Shown here: positions 44,487 through 58,051 of the stretch, one piece after another
How the letters are laid out: each line of letters starts with the position of its first letter
How positions within the stretch are numbered: the stretch's first letter is position 1
Assembly (NCBI GenBank): GCA_963771355.1
Contig: CAVYTA010000003.1
Location: forward strand, 32,529-96,528
Source of the DNA: an uncultured Candidatus Rokubacteria bacterium
Lineage (GTDB): Bacteria > Methylomirabilota > Methylomirabilia > Rokubacteriales > CSP1-6
Direction of reading: 5' to 3'
DNA length: 64,000 nucleotides
The notes under the pieces: generated by a model
Databases searched by the model: none
What the model was told of the DNA's origin: nothing
What the model saw: the letters and a program-made list of their open reading frames with translations, nothing else
Translations under genes and position numbers: made by a program

Positions 44487-45032
44487 ATGAAGTCCCGCCA
44501 CGCGACCGCGGCGCGCTACGCCAAGGCTCTCTTCTCGATCGCGCGCGAGGCCGGCACCGCCGAGGCCCTCGTCCGCGAGCTCGAGCAGTTTGCCGCCGAG
44601 CTCCGCGGCAGCCGGGAGCTCGAGACCGTCCTGCTGCGGCCCTGGATCAAGCCCGCGGAGCGCCAGCAGGTCGCGGTGGAGGTAGCCAAGCGCGCCGGCT
44701 GCGGCCCGCTGGTGCAGAAGACCATCGGGCTCGTCGCCGCGCGCGGCCGCATGGACCATCTCCCCGAGCTGGTGGACAGCTACCGCGCGCTCGTGGACGC
44801 CGAGGCGGGCCGCGTCCGGGCCAGCGTGCGCGCGGCGGTGGCCTTCACCGAGGACGAGAAGACGCTGCTCGCCACGCGGCTCGGCCAGGCGCTGGGCAAG
44901 CAGGTCATCATCAAGGAAACCGTGGATCCCTCGCTCCTGGGCGGATTCATCGCCCAGGTGGGCAGTCTCGTACTGGACGGCAGTCTCGACGGGCAGCTGG
45001 CGCGGGTGCGCGAGCGCCTCGCAAGGGGATAG
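44487..45032 (+). CDS. atpH: ATP synthase F1 delta
   Basis: ARYAKALF, VDPSLLGG, DGS. Confidence 0.95.
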   Translation: MKSRHATAARYAKALFSIAREAGTAEALVRELEQFAAELRGSRELETVLLRPWIKPAERQQVAVEVAKRAGCGPLVQKTIGLVAARGRMDHLPELVDSYRALVDAEAGRVRASVRAAVAFTEDEKTLLATRLGQALGKQVIIKETVDPSLLGGFIAQVGSLVLDGSLDGQLARVRERLARG

Positions 45033-45035
45033 GAC

Positions 45036-46562
<1,527 letters not shown>

Positions 46563-46575
46563 GGCCCGCTCTCTC

Positions 46576-47463
46576 ATGGCCACGCTCCGGGATATCAAGC
46601 GGCGGATTCGTTCCGTCGAGTCCACCCAGAAGATCACCAAGGCGATGAAGCTGGTCGCCGCGGCCAAGCTCCGCCGCGCCCAGGAGCGCGTCATCGGCGC
46701 GCGACCCTATGCGCAGAAGATGGTCGAGCTCCTCGGGAGCCTGGTGGGGCTGGCCGGCGACGACGGGCACCCGCTGCTCGCCCGGCGCACCGGTGGCCGG
46801 AAGCGGCTGGTGGTGATCACCGCGGACAAGGGGCTCTGCGGCGCCTTCAACTCCAATGTCCTCCGCGCCTCGCTGAGCTTTATCCGCGAGACGGGTCCCG
46901 TCGACCTCACATTGGTCGTCGTGGGCCGGAAGGCCCGCGACTTCTATCGCCGGCGGGAGTGGGCGATCAAGGCCGAGATGCTGGGGTTCTTCGATCGGCT
47001 CGCCTATTCGCACGCGCAGGAGATCGCCGCGCCCCTCATGGATTCCTACCTCGCCGGCGAGACGGACGAGGTGCACCTCATCTACAACGAGTTCCGCTCG
47101 GTGGCGGTGCAGCGGGTGACCCGGCAGCAGCTCCTACCCATCCAGGCTGAGGCGGCCGCGGGCGGGGGAGCGGGCGCGGGGACCGGCGGCGGCGACTATA
47201 TCTACGAGCCCAGCCCCGAGGCCATCCTCGGCGCGCTCCTCCCGCGGCACGTGACCACCCAGGTCTACCGCGCGCTGATGGAGTCGGTAGCCGGCGAGTA
47301 CGGCGCGCGCATGACGGCGATGGAGTCCGCCTCCAAGAACGCGAAGGAGATGATCGGCGTCCTGACCATCCAGTACAACAAGGCGCGTCAGGAGCGCATC
47401 ACGAAGGAGTTGCTCGACATCGTCGGCGGGGCCGAGGCCCTGCGCCAGATGACCGAAGCGTAA
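46576..47463 (+). CDS. atpG: ATP synthase F1 gamma
   Basis: KITKAMKLVAA, DKGLCGAFN, RMTAM, RQERITKEL. Confidence 0.98.
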   Translation: MATLRDIKRRIRSVESTQKITKAMKLVAAAKLRRAQERVIGARPYAQKMVELLGSLVGLAGDDGHPLLARRTGGRKRLVVITADKGLCGAFNSNVLRASLSFIRETGPVDLTLVVVGRKARDFYRRREWAIKAEMLGFFDRLAYSHAQEIAAPLMDSYLAGETDEVHLIYNEFRSVAVQRVTRQQLLPIQAEAAAGGGAGAGTGGGDYIYEPSPEAILGALLPRHVTTQVYRALMESVAGEYGARMTAMESASKNAKEMIGVLTIQYNKARQERITKELLDIVGGAEALRQMTEA

Positions 47464-48893
<1,430 letters not shown>

Positions 48894-48894
<1 letters not shown>

Positions 48895-49316
48895 TGCGCT
48901 TCGAGCTCGCGACGCCGACCCGAATGCTCGTCTCCGCCGACGTGGACGAGGTCGTCGCGCCCGGGGTGGAGGGTTATTTCGGCGTCCTGCCCGGGCACGC
49001 GGCGCTGCTGACCACGCTCGGCAGCGGCGAGGTGAGCTATCGCACCGGAAAGAGCGAGCAGTACCTCCTGGTGGCGGGCGGATTCGCGGAAGTGCAGCCC
49101 GACCGGGTGATCATCCTCGCCGAGGTGGCGGAGGCGCCCGAGGAGATCGACCGGGAGCGGGCGGAGCGGGCGCGTCAGCGGGCCGAGCTCCGGCTGTCCG
49201 GCCGGCATCCGCAGGGCTTCGAGAACGAAGGGGAGATCGACTACAACCGCGCCCTCGCCGCCCTCGCCCGCGCGCTGGCCCGGATCATCGTGGCCGGCCG
49301 CGTTCGCACCAGCTAA
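48894..49316 (+). CDS. atpC: ATP synthase F1 epsilon
   Basis: TP, GVLPGHA, GGFAEV, C-terminal helices. Confidence 0.95.
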
Positions 49317-49485
49317 CCCTCCCGCCCTCCCGCGCGCGCTCGTCAGCTCGGTCCTGCCCAGCCTCCTGGGCACCCTGATCTTCCCGCTGCACGATCCTCT
49401 GTGCAGCGCCGGGGGCGCGACGCGTTCAACCCGCTGATTTAGCGAGGCGGGCTCGCCTGGCACGCCGTTCGCTCTTCCGCGAGGC

Positions 49486-49856
<371 letters not shown>

Positions 49857-49872
<16 letters not shown>

Positions 49873-50612
49873 CGCTATCGCAGGCGCTTGCCTATGCGCG
49901 AGACCTCAAGGTTGTCTGCGAGGTCTGGCAGGAGCGCGAGCGGGAGCTCAAGCACGTGAACGCGCGGCTGCGTGCGTCGCATCGCCAATCCCTGCGCTAT
50001 GCCGCCGACCTGAAGAAGACCTACTGGCGCATGGAGCGGGCCTTTCTCAACAGCCTGCTCGCGCTCGCCAATGCCCTCGAGGCCCGCGACGTGTACACGC
50101 GCGGTCACTCGGACCGCGTGGCCGCGTCCGCCCGCGCGCTGGCGCTCGCCTCCGGGCTAACGTCGCCGGTCGCGGAGACGGTGGCCCAGGCGGGGCGCCT
50201 GCACGATCTCGGCAAGATCGGCGTGCCGGAAAGCGTGCTGGGCAAGGGCGGCCCGCTCACCGATGAGGAGTGGGCCGTCATGCGCCTGCACCCGCTCACC
50301 GGCGCCCAGATCCTGGCCCCGCTGGAGTTCTTCGGCGAGGGGATGCTCATCGTCCGGCACCATCACGAGCGCCTCGACGGCAGCGGCTATCCCGACGGGC
50401 TGCGCGGCCCCGCCATTCCCCTGGGCGCGCGTATCGTCGCCGTGGCCGACGTCTACGACGCGCTCACGTCCGACCGCGCGTATCGCCGGCGTCTGTCCCA
50501 TCCCCAGGCGATGGAGCGGCTTCTCGGCGAGGCGGGACGCACGCTAGACGGCGAGCTGGTCGTCCTCTTCGCCGATACCTATCCCGATGGACCTCCTGAC
50601 CGCGCCGTTTGA
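49857..50612 (+). CDS. HD-GYP domain protein (putative cyclic dinucleotide phosphodiesterase)
   Basis: TRGHSDRV, LHDLGK, HHERLDGSGYP, VADVYDALTSDR. Confidence 0.92.
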
Positions 50613-51417
50613 CGTCGAGCGGCGCCGCCGGTTCGCGCCGGTGGTGGGGGCGCTCTGCCTCGCGGGCTCGCTCATGCTGGGCGGGGTCGTGGGAGGCCAG
50701 TGGCTGGAGCGTCAGGGCGGCCTCGCCCGCGAGCTCGGCCTCGCCATCGAGGGCGTGGCCGTCCACGGCGGCTTCATCGCCCAGGGCCTCATCATCACCC
50801 TGGCCGGCCGACCGGGCGGCGCCACCATCGCCCTGCGGATGGCGGGGGCGCTCTTCGCAGCCTTTCTCCTCGGTCGTCTCGTGCCCTGGGGGAGTCTGGC
50901 CTTCCTCCTCATCCCCCCGCTCCTCGTCCATGAGTGCCGCGGCCACTCCACGCTCCGGCGCATCGGATTTCTCGCCCCGGTGCGGCCGGCAAGCCTGCTC
51001 GTGGGACTCGGGGTCGGCGCCTTTCTCGGCGCGCATCTCCTCGTCACGTCGTCGCTCACCTTCGGCTACGCGATCAGCGTGGTGAGCGTCGCCGCCTACA
51101 CATCAGCCGTCGCCTACGACGTCGGCGCCAATGCCCTGTCCGCCGAGTGGCTGTTCCGGGGCGCGCTGTTCTCGCACTGGTGGCGTCATTGGGGCTTCTG
51201 GGGCGCGGTCACCGTCTCCACGGCATTCACCCTCGTCCGCTATCTGCTCGACCCCGCGCTGCCGCAGTCGCCGGAGGCGCGGGCCGGCGCGATCGTCTAC
51301 CTGGCCGCTCTCGCGCTCGGCGCGGCGGTGCTGCGAGCCTGGAGCGGCAGCCTCGTGCCGGGCTATCTCGCCTCGGTCGCCTTCTTCGCCGCCTATCGGG
51401 CCCTCGTCGTGTGGTAG
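50587..51417 (+). CDS. CPBP/Abi-family membrane protein with degenerate catalytic motifs
   Basis: Multiple TM helices; AEWLFRG (EExxxR-like) and WSGSLVP motifs; the conserved His and Asn are absent. Confidence 0.65.
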   Translation: MDLLTAPFDVERRRRFAPVVGALCLAGSLMLGGVVGGQWLERQGGLARELGLAIEGVAVHGGFIAQGLIITLAGRPGGATIALRMAGALFAAFLLGRLVPWGSLAFLLIPPLLVHECRGHSTLRRIGFLAPVRPASLLVGLGVGAFLGAHLLVTSSLTFGYAISVVSVAAYTSAVAYDVGANALSAEWLFRGALFSHWWRHWGFWGAVTVSTAFTLVRYLLDPALPQSPEARAGAIVYLAALALGAAVLRAWSGSLVPGYLASVAFFAAYRALVVW

Positions 51418-52916
51418 CCGCCGCGCTCGGCCTGCTGCTCGCGGTCACGGCGGGAATGGTATGGGAAGGCGGAACGCCGGTATCGCCGCTCCGCCATCTC
51501 TACCTGGTCCCCGTGGCCTGGGCGGCCCTGCACGGGGGCGCCCGGGCGGGCGGGTTCCTGGGACTCATGGCCGGGCTTTTCCAGGTGCCGCTCGTGTTGC
51601 CCGCCATCGAGCGCGCAGGATTGACCGGTGCCGCGGTGGACGGGCTGGTCTCGCTGGCCATGCCGCCGGCGGTCGGCGTCCTCGCGGGCCTGCTCTGCGA
51701 TCAGAGCCGTGCCCGTGCCCGCCGGCTCGCGGCCCTGCTCCAGATCGAGCAATGTCTCGCGCGCGAGGATCCGCTCTCCGTTCGGCTGGATGCGGTGGCG
51801 GCGGTAGTCCGCCGCGGGCTGAACGTCGCGCGCGTGGGCGTCCTGGTGGGCACGAGCGCGGAAGCGGCCGCGCTGGGGAGCGCGCCGCCGGGCGCGAGGC
51901 TCACGCCCGTGTCGGCGGCCGCCTGGTCGCTCGCGACCGGCCGGTCCGTGCGGAGCCCGGACCTCGCCCTGGACGGCCGGTTCACGGTACCCGGCCCGCC
52001 CGCGCCGGCGCCGCTGCGCGGACTCATCCTGCCCATGGACGCGGGCGCCGGCCCGGTGGGCGTGCTTGCCCTCGAATGGCGGGGCGAAGTGGCCACCGGC
52101 ACTGCCGCGGCCGCGGCCGAGATCGCCTTGCATCTGGCGCTGGGCGTCGAGAACGCGCGCCTCACGCTGCGCCAGCGGCGCTTCGCCGAGGAGCTGGAGG
52201 ACAAGGTTGCCGCCGCCACGCGCCGGCTCCGCGAGATCGATCAGGCGAAGTCGGAGTTCCTGTCGGTGGTGTCGCACGAGCTCCGCACGCCGCTGACCGC
52301 GCTGGAGGGGTTCGCCGAGCTGCTCCTCACGCGCGCGGTGCCGCCTGAGCGCGCGGCGCGCTTCCTGCGCCACATCCACGCGGAAGCCCGGCGGCTCGGC
52401 CGCATCGTCGCCGAGCTGCTGGATCTCTCCCGGCTCGAGGTGGGCGTGGCGCCCGACCTCAAGCGGGAGCCGCTCGACCTGGCCGCCCACGTGGAGCGAC
52501 AGATCGAGCTCTTCGCGGGTGTCCATCCCACGCATCGATTTCGCTGGGAGGCCGACGATGCGCTGCCGACGCTTCGGGCGGATCGGGACGCGGTGGACCG
52601 CGTGCTGCAGAATCTCCTGTCCAATGCGGTGAAGTATTCCCCGCGGGGCGGGGAGATCCGGGTGACCGCGCGGGCCGGAGCCGACGGGCTCGTCGAGCTG
52701 CGGGTGGAGGATGAGGGCGTGGGGATAGCGGCCGCCGAGCTTCCACGCATCTTCGACAAATACGTGCGGATCGCCAATGAGGAAACCGCCTCGGTCCGAG
52801 GGTTGGGTCTGGGCCTCAGCCTGGTCCGCGCGCTGGTGGAGGCTCATGGGGGGCGAATCGAGGTGGAGAGCGCGCCTGGAAAGGGGAGTGTCTTTCGTGT
52901 GACCCTGCCCGCCTGA
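51411..52916 (+). CDS. Membrane sensor histidine kinase (TM-GAF-HisKA-HATPase)
   Basis: SHELRTPL, NLLSNAVKY, DEGVG, GLGLGL; GTG start at 51411 inferred from overlap with the upstream stop. Confidence 0.92.
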   Translation: MVAAALGLLLAVTAGMVWEGGTPVSPLRHLYLVPVAWAALHGGARAGGFLGLMAGLFQVPLVLPAIERAGLTGAAVDGLVSLAMPPAVGVLAGLLCDQSRARARRLAALLQIEQCLAREDPLSVRLDAVAAVVRRGLNVARVGVLVGTSAEAAALGSAPPGARLTPVSAAAWSLATGRSVRSPDLALDGRFTVPGPPAPAPLRGLILPMDAGAGPVGVLALEWRGEVATGTAAAAAEIALHLALGVENARLTLRQRRFAEELEDKVAAATRRLREIDQAKSEFLSVVSHELRTPLTALEGFAELLLTRAVPPERAARFLRHIHAEARRLGRIVAELLDLSRLEVGVAPDLKREPLDLAAHVERQIELFAGVHPTHRFRWEADDALPTLRADRDAVDRVLQNLLSNAVKYSPRGGEIRVTARAGADGLVELRVEDEGVGIAAAELPRIFDKYVRIANEETASVRGLGLGLSLVRALVEAHGGRIEVESAPGKGSVFRVTLPA

Positions 52917-52991
52917 CCGCCACTTTTACCCGATTTTCCAACTATTTGAGTTGACACCTCCGCCCGGCCGCGTGTACTCTGGAGCCCGGCG

Positions 52992-53270
52992 ATGGCGAGG
53001 CGGGACGAGCTGGCGGGCCGTATGGCGGAGGCGGTGGTCAAGCGCCTCGTGACGCGCAAGCTCGTCGAGGTCCGGGACGAGGGCCGGGCGCTCGAGGTGA
53101 CCCGGCGTATCCTCTCGGAGAACTTCCTTGCCGAGGAGAAGATCGACGCCGACGCGCGGGCCCTCCTGATGGACCATGCCAAGGAGATCCGGGACTCGGC
53201 CTCCGACTACAAGCGGGTCTTCGCCCTCGTGAAGGGCAAGCTGGCCAAGGAGCGGGGCTTCGTCCTGTGA
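52992..53270 (+). CDS. DUF507 family protein
   Basis: E..ID..AR..L...DYKRVF..VK..LAKERGFVL. Confidence 0.75.
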   Translation: MARRDELAGRMAEAVVKRLVTRKLVEVRDEGRALEVTRRILSENFLAEEKIDADARALLMDHAKEIRDSASDYKRVFALVKGKLAKERGFVL

Positions 53271-53563
53271 CACGGATGAGCCGCGAGCGACTCTTCGCCC
53301 TCGCCGACCGCATCGTGGCCGACCTCTCCGCCACCGAGGCGGTGACCGGGCGCGGGCTGGCCGACGACAAGGTCCGCGGTCAGCTCCGCACCGAGGTGTT
53401 CCGCGTGCTGGAGGACGAGACCAAGCTGGACGAGTCCATCGACCAGGAAGTGCGCCGCACCCTGTCCACCTACTCCCGTCCCGCCCCCGAGGGGAGCGCG
53501 GAGTGGGAGGTGCTCTACAAGAAGACCCGGGACGAGGTGTACCGGCGGCGATTCCGGCTATGA
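53267..53563 (+). CDS. DUF507 family protein (second copy)
   Basis: MSRER...IDQEVRRTLSTYSR...EGSAEWEVLY. Confidence 0.75.
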   Translation: MTRMSRERLFALADRIVADLSATEAVTGRGLADDKVRGQLRTEVFRVLEDETKLDESIDQEVRRTLSTYSRPAPEGSAEWEVLYKKTRDEVYRRRFRL

Positions 53564-53567
53564 CGCT

Positions 53568-54167
53568 ATGACACGCATCGTGGTCGGGATCAGCGGCGCC
53601 TCCGGCGCGATCTATGGGATTCGCTTCCTCGAGCTGCTACGCGCGCTGCCGGGGGTGGAAACCCACCTGGTGATCTCCGAGGCGGCCAAGCGCACCATCG
53701 CCGAGGAAACCGACTGGGCGCTGCGCGACATCGAGGCGCTCGCCACGCGGCGCTACAGCGACCGCGACATCGGCGCCGCGCTCGCCTCGGGCTCGTTCAA
53801 GACGGACGGGATGGTGGTGGTTCCGTGCAGTATCAAGTCGGCGGGCGCGGTGGCGGCCTGTCTCGCGGACACCTTGATCGCGCGGGCGGCGGACGTCACG
53901 CTCAAGGAGGGGCGGCCGCTCATCCTCTGCGTGCGGGAGACGCCGCTTCATCTGGGCCACCTCCGCGTCCTCACCCAGCTCGCCGAGATGGGGGCGGTGA
54001 TCCTGCCTCCGATGCCGGCCTTCTACAACCGGCCCAAGCAGATCGACGAGATCGTGGACCATACCCTCGCCCGGGTGCTCGACCGCCTCCGGCTGCCGCA
54101 ATCCCTCGTGCCGGAGTGGGGCGGTCCACCGCCCGCGCCCCCGGCCGCGCCCCCCACCACGGGGTGA
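53568..54167 (+). CDS. ubiX: Flavin prenyltransferase UbiX
   Basis: GISGASG, SGSF, PCS, RAADVTLKE, RETP, PAFY. Confidence 0.95.
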   Translation: MTRIVVGISGASGAIYGIRFLELLRALPGVETHLVISEAAKRTIAEETDWALRDIEALATRRYSDRDIGAALASGSFKTDGMVVVPCSIKSAGAVAACLADTLIARAADVTLKEGRPLILCVRETPLHLGHLRVLTQLAEMGAVILPPMPAFYNRPKQIDEIVDHTLARVLDRLRLPQSLVPEWGGPPPAPPAAPPTTG

Positions 54168-54198
54168 GGCTCCCGCCGACGGGCCACCGAAGCGATCG

Positions 54199-54948
54199 AT
54201 GACCGAAGCCCTCGACCTGTCCATCGTCATCCCCGTGTACAACGAGGAGGAGAACCTGCCTCGTCTCTGGCCGGAGATCCGCGAGGTGCTGGCGCCCACG
54301 GGTCTTCGCTACGAGATCATCTTCGTGGACGACGGCAGCCGTGACCGGAGCGCGGAGATCGTCCGGGGATTCCGCGAGGCGGACCCGCGCGTGCGGCTGG
54401 TCCGGCTCAAGACCAATGCGGGCGAGACGGCGGCCACCGACGCCGGATTCAAGGCCGTGCGCGGCCGCTGGGTCGTCACCATGGATGCGGATCTCCAGAA
54501 CGACCCGCGCGACCTCCCCGGCATGCTCAAGCATCTCGACCAGTGGGATGCCGTCACCGGCTGGCGGGTGAACCGCGGGGACGGCGACTCGCGGGTGCGC
54601 CGGATCTCCTCGCGGGTAGCCAATCGGGTGCGCAACGCGCTCAGCGAGGAGATCATCCAGGACAGCGGGTGCACGTTCCGCGCGTTCCGCCGTGAGTGCC
54701 TGGTGGACCTCGTGCTGTACAAGGGCTTTCACCGGTTCATTCCCACCCTCCTCAAGATGCGTGGGTTCCGCGTGCTCGAGGTGCCCGTGAATCATCGGCC
54801 GCGGCGCTTCGGCGAGTCGAAATACGGCATCGGCAACCGCGTGTTCAAGGCCTTCGCCGACCTCTTGGTCGTCCGCTGGATGAAGGACCGATCGCTCCGC
54901 TACGAGGTGGCCGAGGATCTCGGGGGGACCGGGGAGCCGCGGCGGTGA
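54199..54948 (+). CDS. GT2 glycosyltransferase (ArnC/DPM1-like, polyprenol-phosphate)
   Basis: IPVYNEE, VDDGS, MDADLQNDP, HRFIP, GESKY. Confidence 0.9.
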   Translation: MTEALDLSIVIPVYNEEENLPRLWPEIREVLAPTGLRYEIIFVDDGSRDRSAEIVRGFREADPRVRLVRLKTNAGETAATDAGFKAVRGRWVVTMDADLQNDPRDLPGMLKHLDQWDAVTGWRVNRGDGDSRVRRISSRVANRVRNALSEEIIQDSGCTFRAFRRECLVDLVLYKGFHRFIPTLLKMRGFRVLEVPVNHRPRRFGESKYGIGNRVFKAFADLLVVRWMKDRSLRYEVAEDLGGTGEPRR

Positions 54949-55919
54949 GAGTCCTCCTGATCGGGCTGGGGCGCTGGGGCGAGAAGCATCTGCGCGTGCT
55001 CACCGAGCTGGGGGCGGAGGTGTGGGTGGCCGACGTCGTGGAGGAGCGACGCGCCTTCGCGATCAAGGCGGGCGTCCCGCGCGAGCGCGCGGTGGCGGAC
55101 TATCGTGACGCATTGCCGAACGTGGAGGCGGTGGACCTGGTCACGCCGGCGGACAGTCACCTGACCATCGCGGGGGACTGCCTGCGGGCGGGGCGGCACT
55201 GCTTCGTGGAAAAGCCGCTCACGCTCACGGTGGCGGAAGGCCGCGAGCTGGCGGCGCTGGTTTCCTCGACCGGGCGCGTGCTGCAGGTGGGCCATATCTT
55301 CCGTTTTCATCCGGTCACGGTTGCGCTGCGGGAGCGGCTGGCCTCGGGGGGCGTGGGGCCGGTGCGATACTGCACCGGCCGCTTCGCGGGCTTCAAGCGG
55401 CCGCGGGCGGACGTCGGGGTCACCCAGACCGATGCCATCCACTACTTCGACCTCTTCGCTCACCTCCTCGGGACAGAGGCGACCGCGGTGACGGCGACGC
55501 TGCGGGACCATCTCGGCCGCGGCATGGACGACCTCTCCTTCTGCACGGTGGAGTACGGCGCGGTGCCCGTCGTCATCGAGGCGGGCTATTTCGCGCCGGG
55601 AAGCTTCCGCGAGTGCGTGATGGTGGGAGAGCGCGCGACGCTGACGGCCGACTTCGGCTCCGCGGAGGTGGCCGTCCACGACAATCACCACGTGCATGGA
55701 GCGGGCGGCTGGCAGGCGCGCGAGGGCAAGGTCGAAACGTTCAAGGCCACCGGACCCGAGCCGCTGCGCCGCGAGCTCGAGCTCTTCCTGGCCGCCGCAC
55801 GCGATGGCGGGGCGCCGCCGGTGGATGTGACGGCGGGTCTCGCCGCGCTTCGCGTGGTCGAGGCCGCCCACCGGTCGTCGGCCCTCGGCCGACGGGTGAC
55901 GCTCGCGGAGCTCGGCTAG
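54945..55919 (+). CDS. Gfo/Idh/MocA family oxidoreductase
   Basis: IGLGRWG, TP..SH, VEKP, D.IH.FD; GTG start at 54945. Confidence 0.9.
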   Translation: MRVLLIGLGRWGEKHLRVLTELGAEVWVADVVEERRAFAIKAGVPRERAVADYRDALPNVEAVDLVTPADSHLTIAGDCLRAGRHCFVEKPLTLTVAEGRELAALVSSTGRVLQVGHIFRFHPVTVALRERLASGGVGPVRYCTGRFAGFKRPRADVGVTQTDAIHYFDLFAHLLGTEATAVTATLRDHLGRGMDDLSFCTVEYGAVPVVIEAGYFAPGSFRECVMVGERATLTADFGSAEVAVHDNHHVHGAGGWQAREGKVETFKATGPEPLRRELELFLAAARDGGAPPVDVTAGLAALRVVEAAHRSSALGRRVTLAELG

Positions 55920-55929
55920 GTCCGCCGGC

Positions 55930-56565
55930 GTGGAGTTCTTCTACGGGCTCCTGGACGGCAGCGTCTCCCTGGCGGACCTCATCCGCTGGGGCGGCTACCT
56001 GGTGCTCGTGGCCATCGTGTTCTGCGAGACGGGCCTGCTGGTGGGATTCTTCCTTCCCGGCGACTCCCTCCTGATCACCGCGGGCCTGGTGGCCGCCGCC
56101 GGGTCCCTCGACATCTGGCTGCTCAACCTCCTGCTCATCCCCGCCGCGATCATCGGCGACAGCGTGGGTTACGCCATCGGCTATCGCGCCGGCCCCCGCC
56201 TGTTCACGAAGGAGCAGTCCCTTCTCTTCAGCCGCAAGCACCTGCTCCGGACGCGGGAGTTCTACGAGAAGTACGGGGGGAAGACCATCGTGCTGGCCCG
56301 CTTCATCCCCCTCCTCCGCACCTTCGCGCCGGTGGTGGCGGGGATCGGCCAGATGCAGTACCGGCGCTTCCTCTTCTACAACGTGTTCGGCGGCGTCCTC
56401 TGGGTGACCAGCCTCACCTGGGCGGGGTATCTGCTGGGGACCCTCATTCCCGACATCTCACGCTACATCCACATCGTGGTGCTGGTCGTGATCGCGCTAT
56501 CCATGGTCCCGGTGGTGCTCGAGCTCTGGAAGGCCCGCCGGCGGGCCCCCGCCGTCAAGCCGTAG
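55930..56565 (+). CDS. DedA family membrane protein
   Basis: FCETGL..GFFLPGDSLL, IGDSVGY, LARFIP..RT..P. Confidence 0.93.
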   Translation: MEFFYGLLDGSVSLADLIRWGGYLVLVAIVFCETGLLVGFFLPGDSLLITAGLVAAAGSLDIWLLNLLLIPAAIIGDSVGYAIGYRAGPRLFTKEQSLLFSRKHLLRTREFYEKYGGKTIVLARFIPLLRTFAPVVAGIGQMQYRRFLFYNVFGGVLWVTSLTWAGYLLGTLIPDISRYIHIVVLVVIALSMVPVVLELWKARRRAPAVKP

Positions 56566-57337
56566 CGTCTGGGCGCGGCGGGCCGGGCTTCCGCGCGGCG
56601 TACTCCACGAAGACGCCGAACCAGCCCGAGCGCCGCACGGTGTCGAAGCCCGATCGCGTGAGGGCATCCACGATGAGATCCCCCGGCACGCAGTGCTCCA
56701 CGGTGTCCCAGCAATAGCTCATGAGGATCTCCGCCTCGCGCGAGTCCGCGCGCCATCGGGCGAGCCAGGGCACGATGCGCTTGAGGTAGAGGCGGCCCAC
56801 CGCGAACCCGAGCCGCGACCGTGGCCGCGAGAACTCCAGGATGAGCACGGTGCCGCCGGGCTTGAGCACCCGGAAATATTCCCGGAAGGTCACCCCGAGA
56901 TCGGTCACGTGACGGAGCGCGTACCCCATGCTCAGAAAGTCGAACCGGTCATCGCGAAAGGGGAGGTACTCGGCGGTGCCCTGGACGAGTCCGGGGCCGA
57001 GCGTGCGGCGCGCCTCGGCCAGCATGCCCCCGTTGCGGTCCAGTCCCGTCACGCGACCCGTGGGGCCGACGAGAGCGCGTGCTGCCTGCGCCACCAGCCC
57101 GGTCCCGGTGGCCACGTCGAGGGAGACCATCCCGGGCTTGAGGCCGGCGCGGCGCAGGGCGTTCCGGCGGTAGTACGGGCCGGATCCGAACGAGACCAGG
57201 CCGTCCAGTCGGCCGTAGTGGGGCGCGGTGGCCTCGAACATGGAGTCGAGGAACTCGCGCTGCCCGGCCTGGTCCGCATAGTAGCGGTCGAGCGTGGGGT
57301 GCGGCGGCAGCGGGGCACGATCCTCGTCACGCGACAT
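56555..57337 (-). CDS. UbiE/MenG-like SAM-dependent methyltransferase
   Basis: LDVATGTG, LPF.D..FD, GYALRHV, RVLKPGG..ILEF. Confidence 0.85.
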   Translation of the reverse strand: MSRDEDRAPLPPHPTLDRYYADQAGQREFLDSMFEATAPHYGRLDGLVSFGSGPYYRRNALRRAGLKPGMVSLDVATGTGLVAQAARALVGPTGRVTGLDRNGGMLAEARRTLGPGLVQGTAEYLPFRDDRFDFLSMGYALRHVTDLGVTFREYFRVLKPGGTVLILEFSRPRSRLGFAVGRLYLKRIVPWLARWRADSREAEILMSYCWDTVEHCVPGDLIVDALTRSGFDTVRRSGWFGVFVEYAARKPGPPRPDATA

Positions 57338-57422
57338 CGCTCAGCCTCCACACGCGCGGCGTCGCGCAGGTCTGCTACAGTAGGGTCTCGGAGAGGGCCT
57401 CGAGGAAGGGTTGCGTGTTCTT

Positions 57423-57509
57423 TGGTGCCGAAGGGGGGACTCGAACCCCCACACCCTTGCGGGCACATGACCCTGAATCATGCGCGTCTGCCAATTCCGC
57501 CACTTCGGC
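57423..57509 (-). tRNA. tRNA-Leu(CAG)
   Basis: GCCGAAGTGGCGGAATTGGCAGACGCGCATGATT-CAG-GGTCATG..., long variable arm, CCA end. Confidence 0.95.
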
Positions 57510-57561
57510 CCGAACAGCCTCACTAGAATACCGGCGAAGCGAGTGAAGTCAAGGGGGCCCG

Positions 57562-58032
57562 ATGGCGTCAGGCGAAGGCGAGAAGGTCATCTCGACCAAC
57601 CGCAAGGCCCGCCACGACTTCGAGATCCTGGAGACCTACGAGGCGGGCTTGGTCCTCCGCGGGACCGAGGTGAAGTCGCTACGTGAAGGTCAGGTCAACT
57701 TCAAGGACTCCTACGCCTCCATCGACCGCGGCGAGGCGTGGCTGGTGGGCTGCCACATCGCGCCCTACCACCACGGTACCGACGCCAACCACGATCCGGA
57801 CCGCTCGCGGAAGCTCCTTCTGCACCGCCGGGAGATCGAGCGCTTGCTCGGCAAGGTGGCCGAGCGCGGGTTGACCATCGTCCCCCTTCGTCTATACTTC
57901 AAAGAGGGGCGCGCCAAGCTCGAGCTGGGGCTGGCGCGCGGCAAGAAGACCTACGACAAACGGGCCTCCATCCGCGAGCGCGACGAACGACGCGAGCTCG
58001 CCAAGGAGGCCAGAGCGCGGCAGCGGTCCTGA
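57562..58032 (+). CDS. smpB: SsrA-binding protein
   Basis: NRKARHD, EAGLVL.GTEVKSLR, RKLLLHRREI, GKK.YDKR. Confidence 0.98.
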   Translation: MASGEGEKVISTNRKARHDFEILETYEAGLVLRGTEVKSLREGQVNFKDSYASIDRGEAWLVGCHIAPYHHGTDANHDPDRSRKLLLHRREIERLLGKVAERGLTIVPLRLYFKEGRAKLELGLARGKKTYDKRASIRERDERRELAKEARARQRS

Positions 58033-58051
58033 GTGGCCGAAGCCGCTACAA

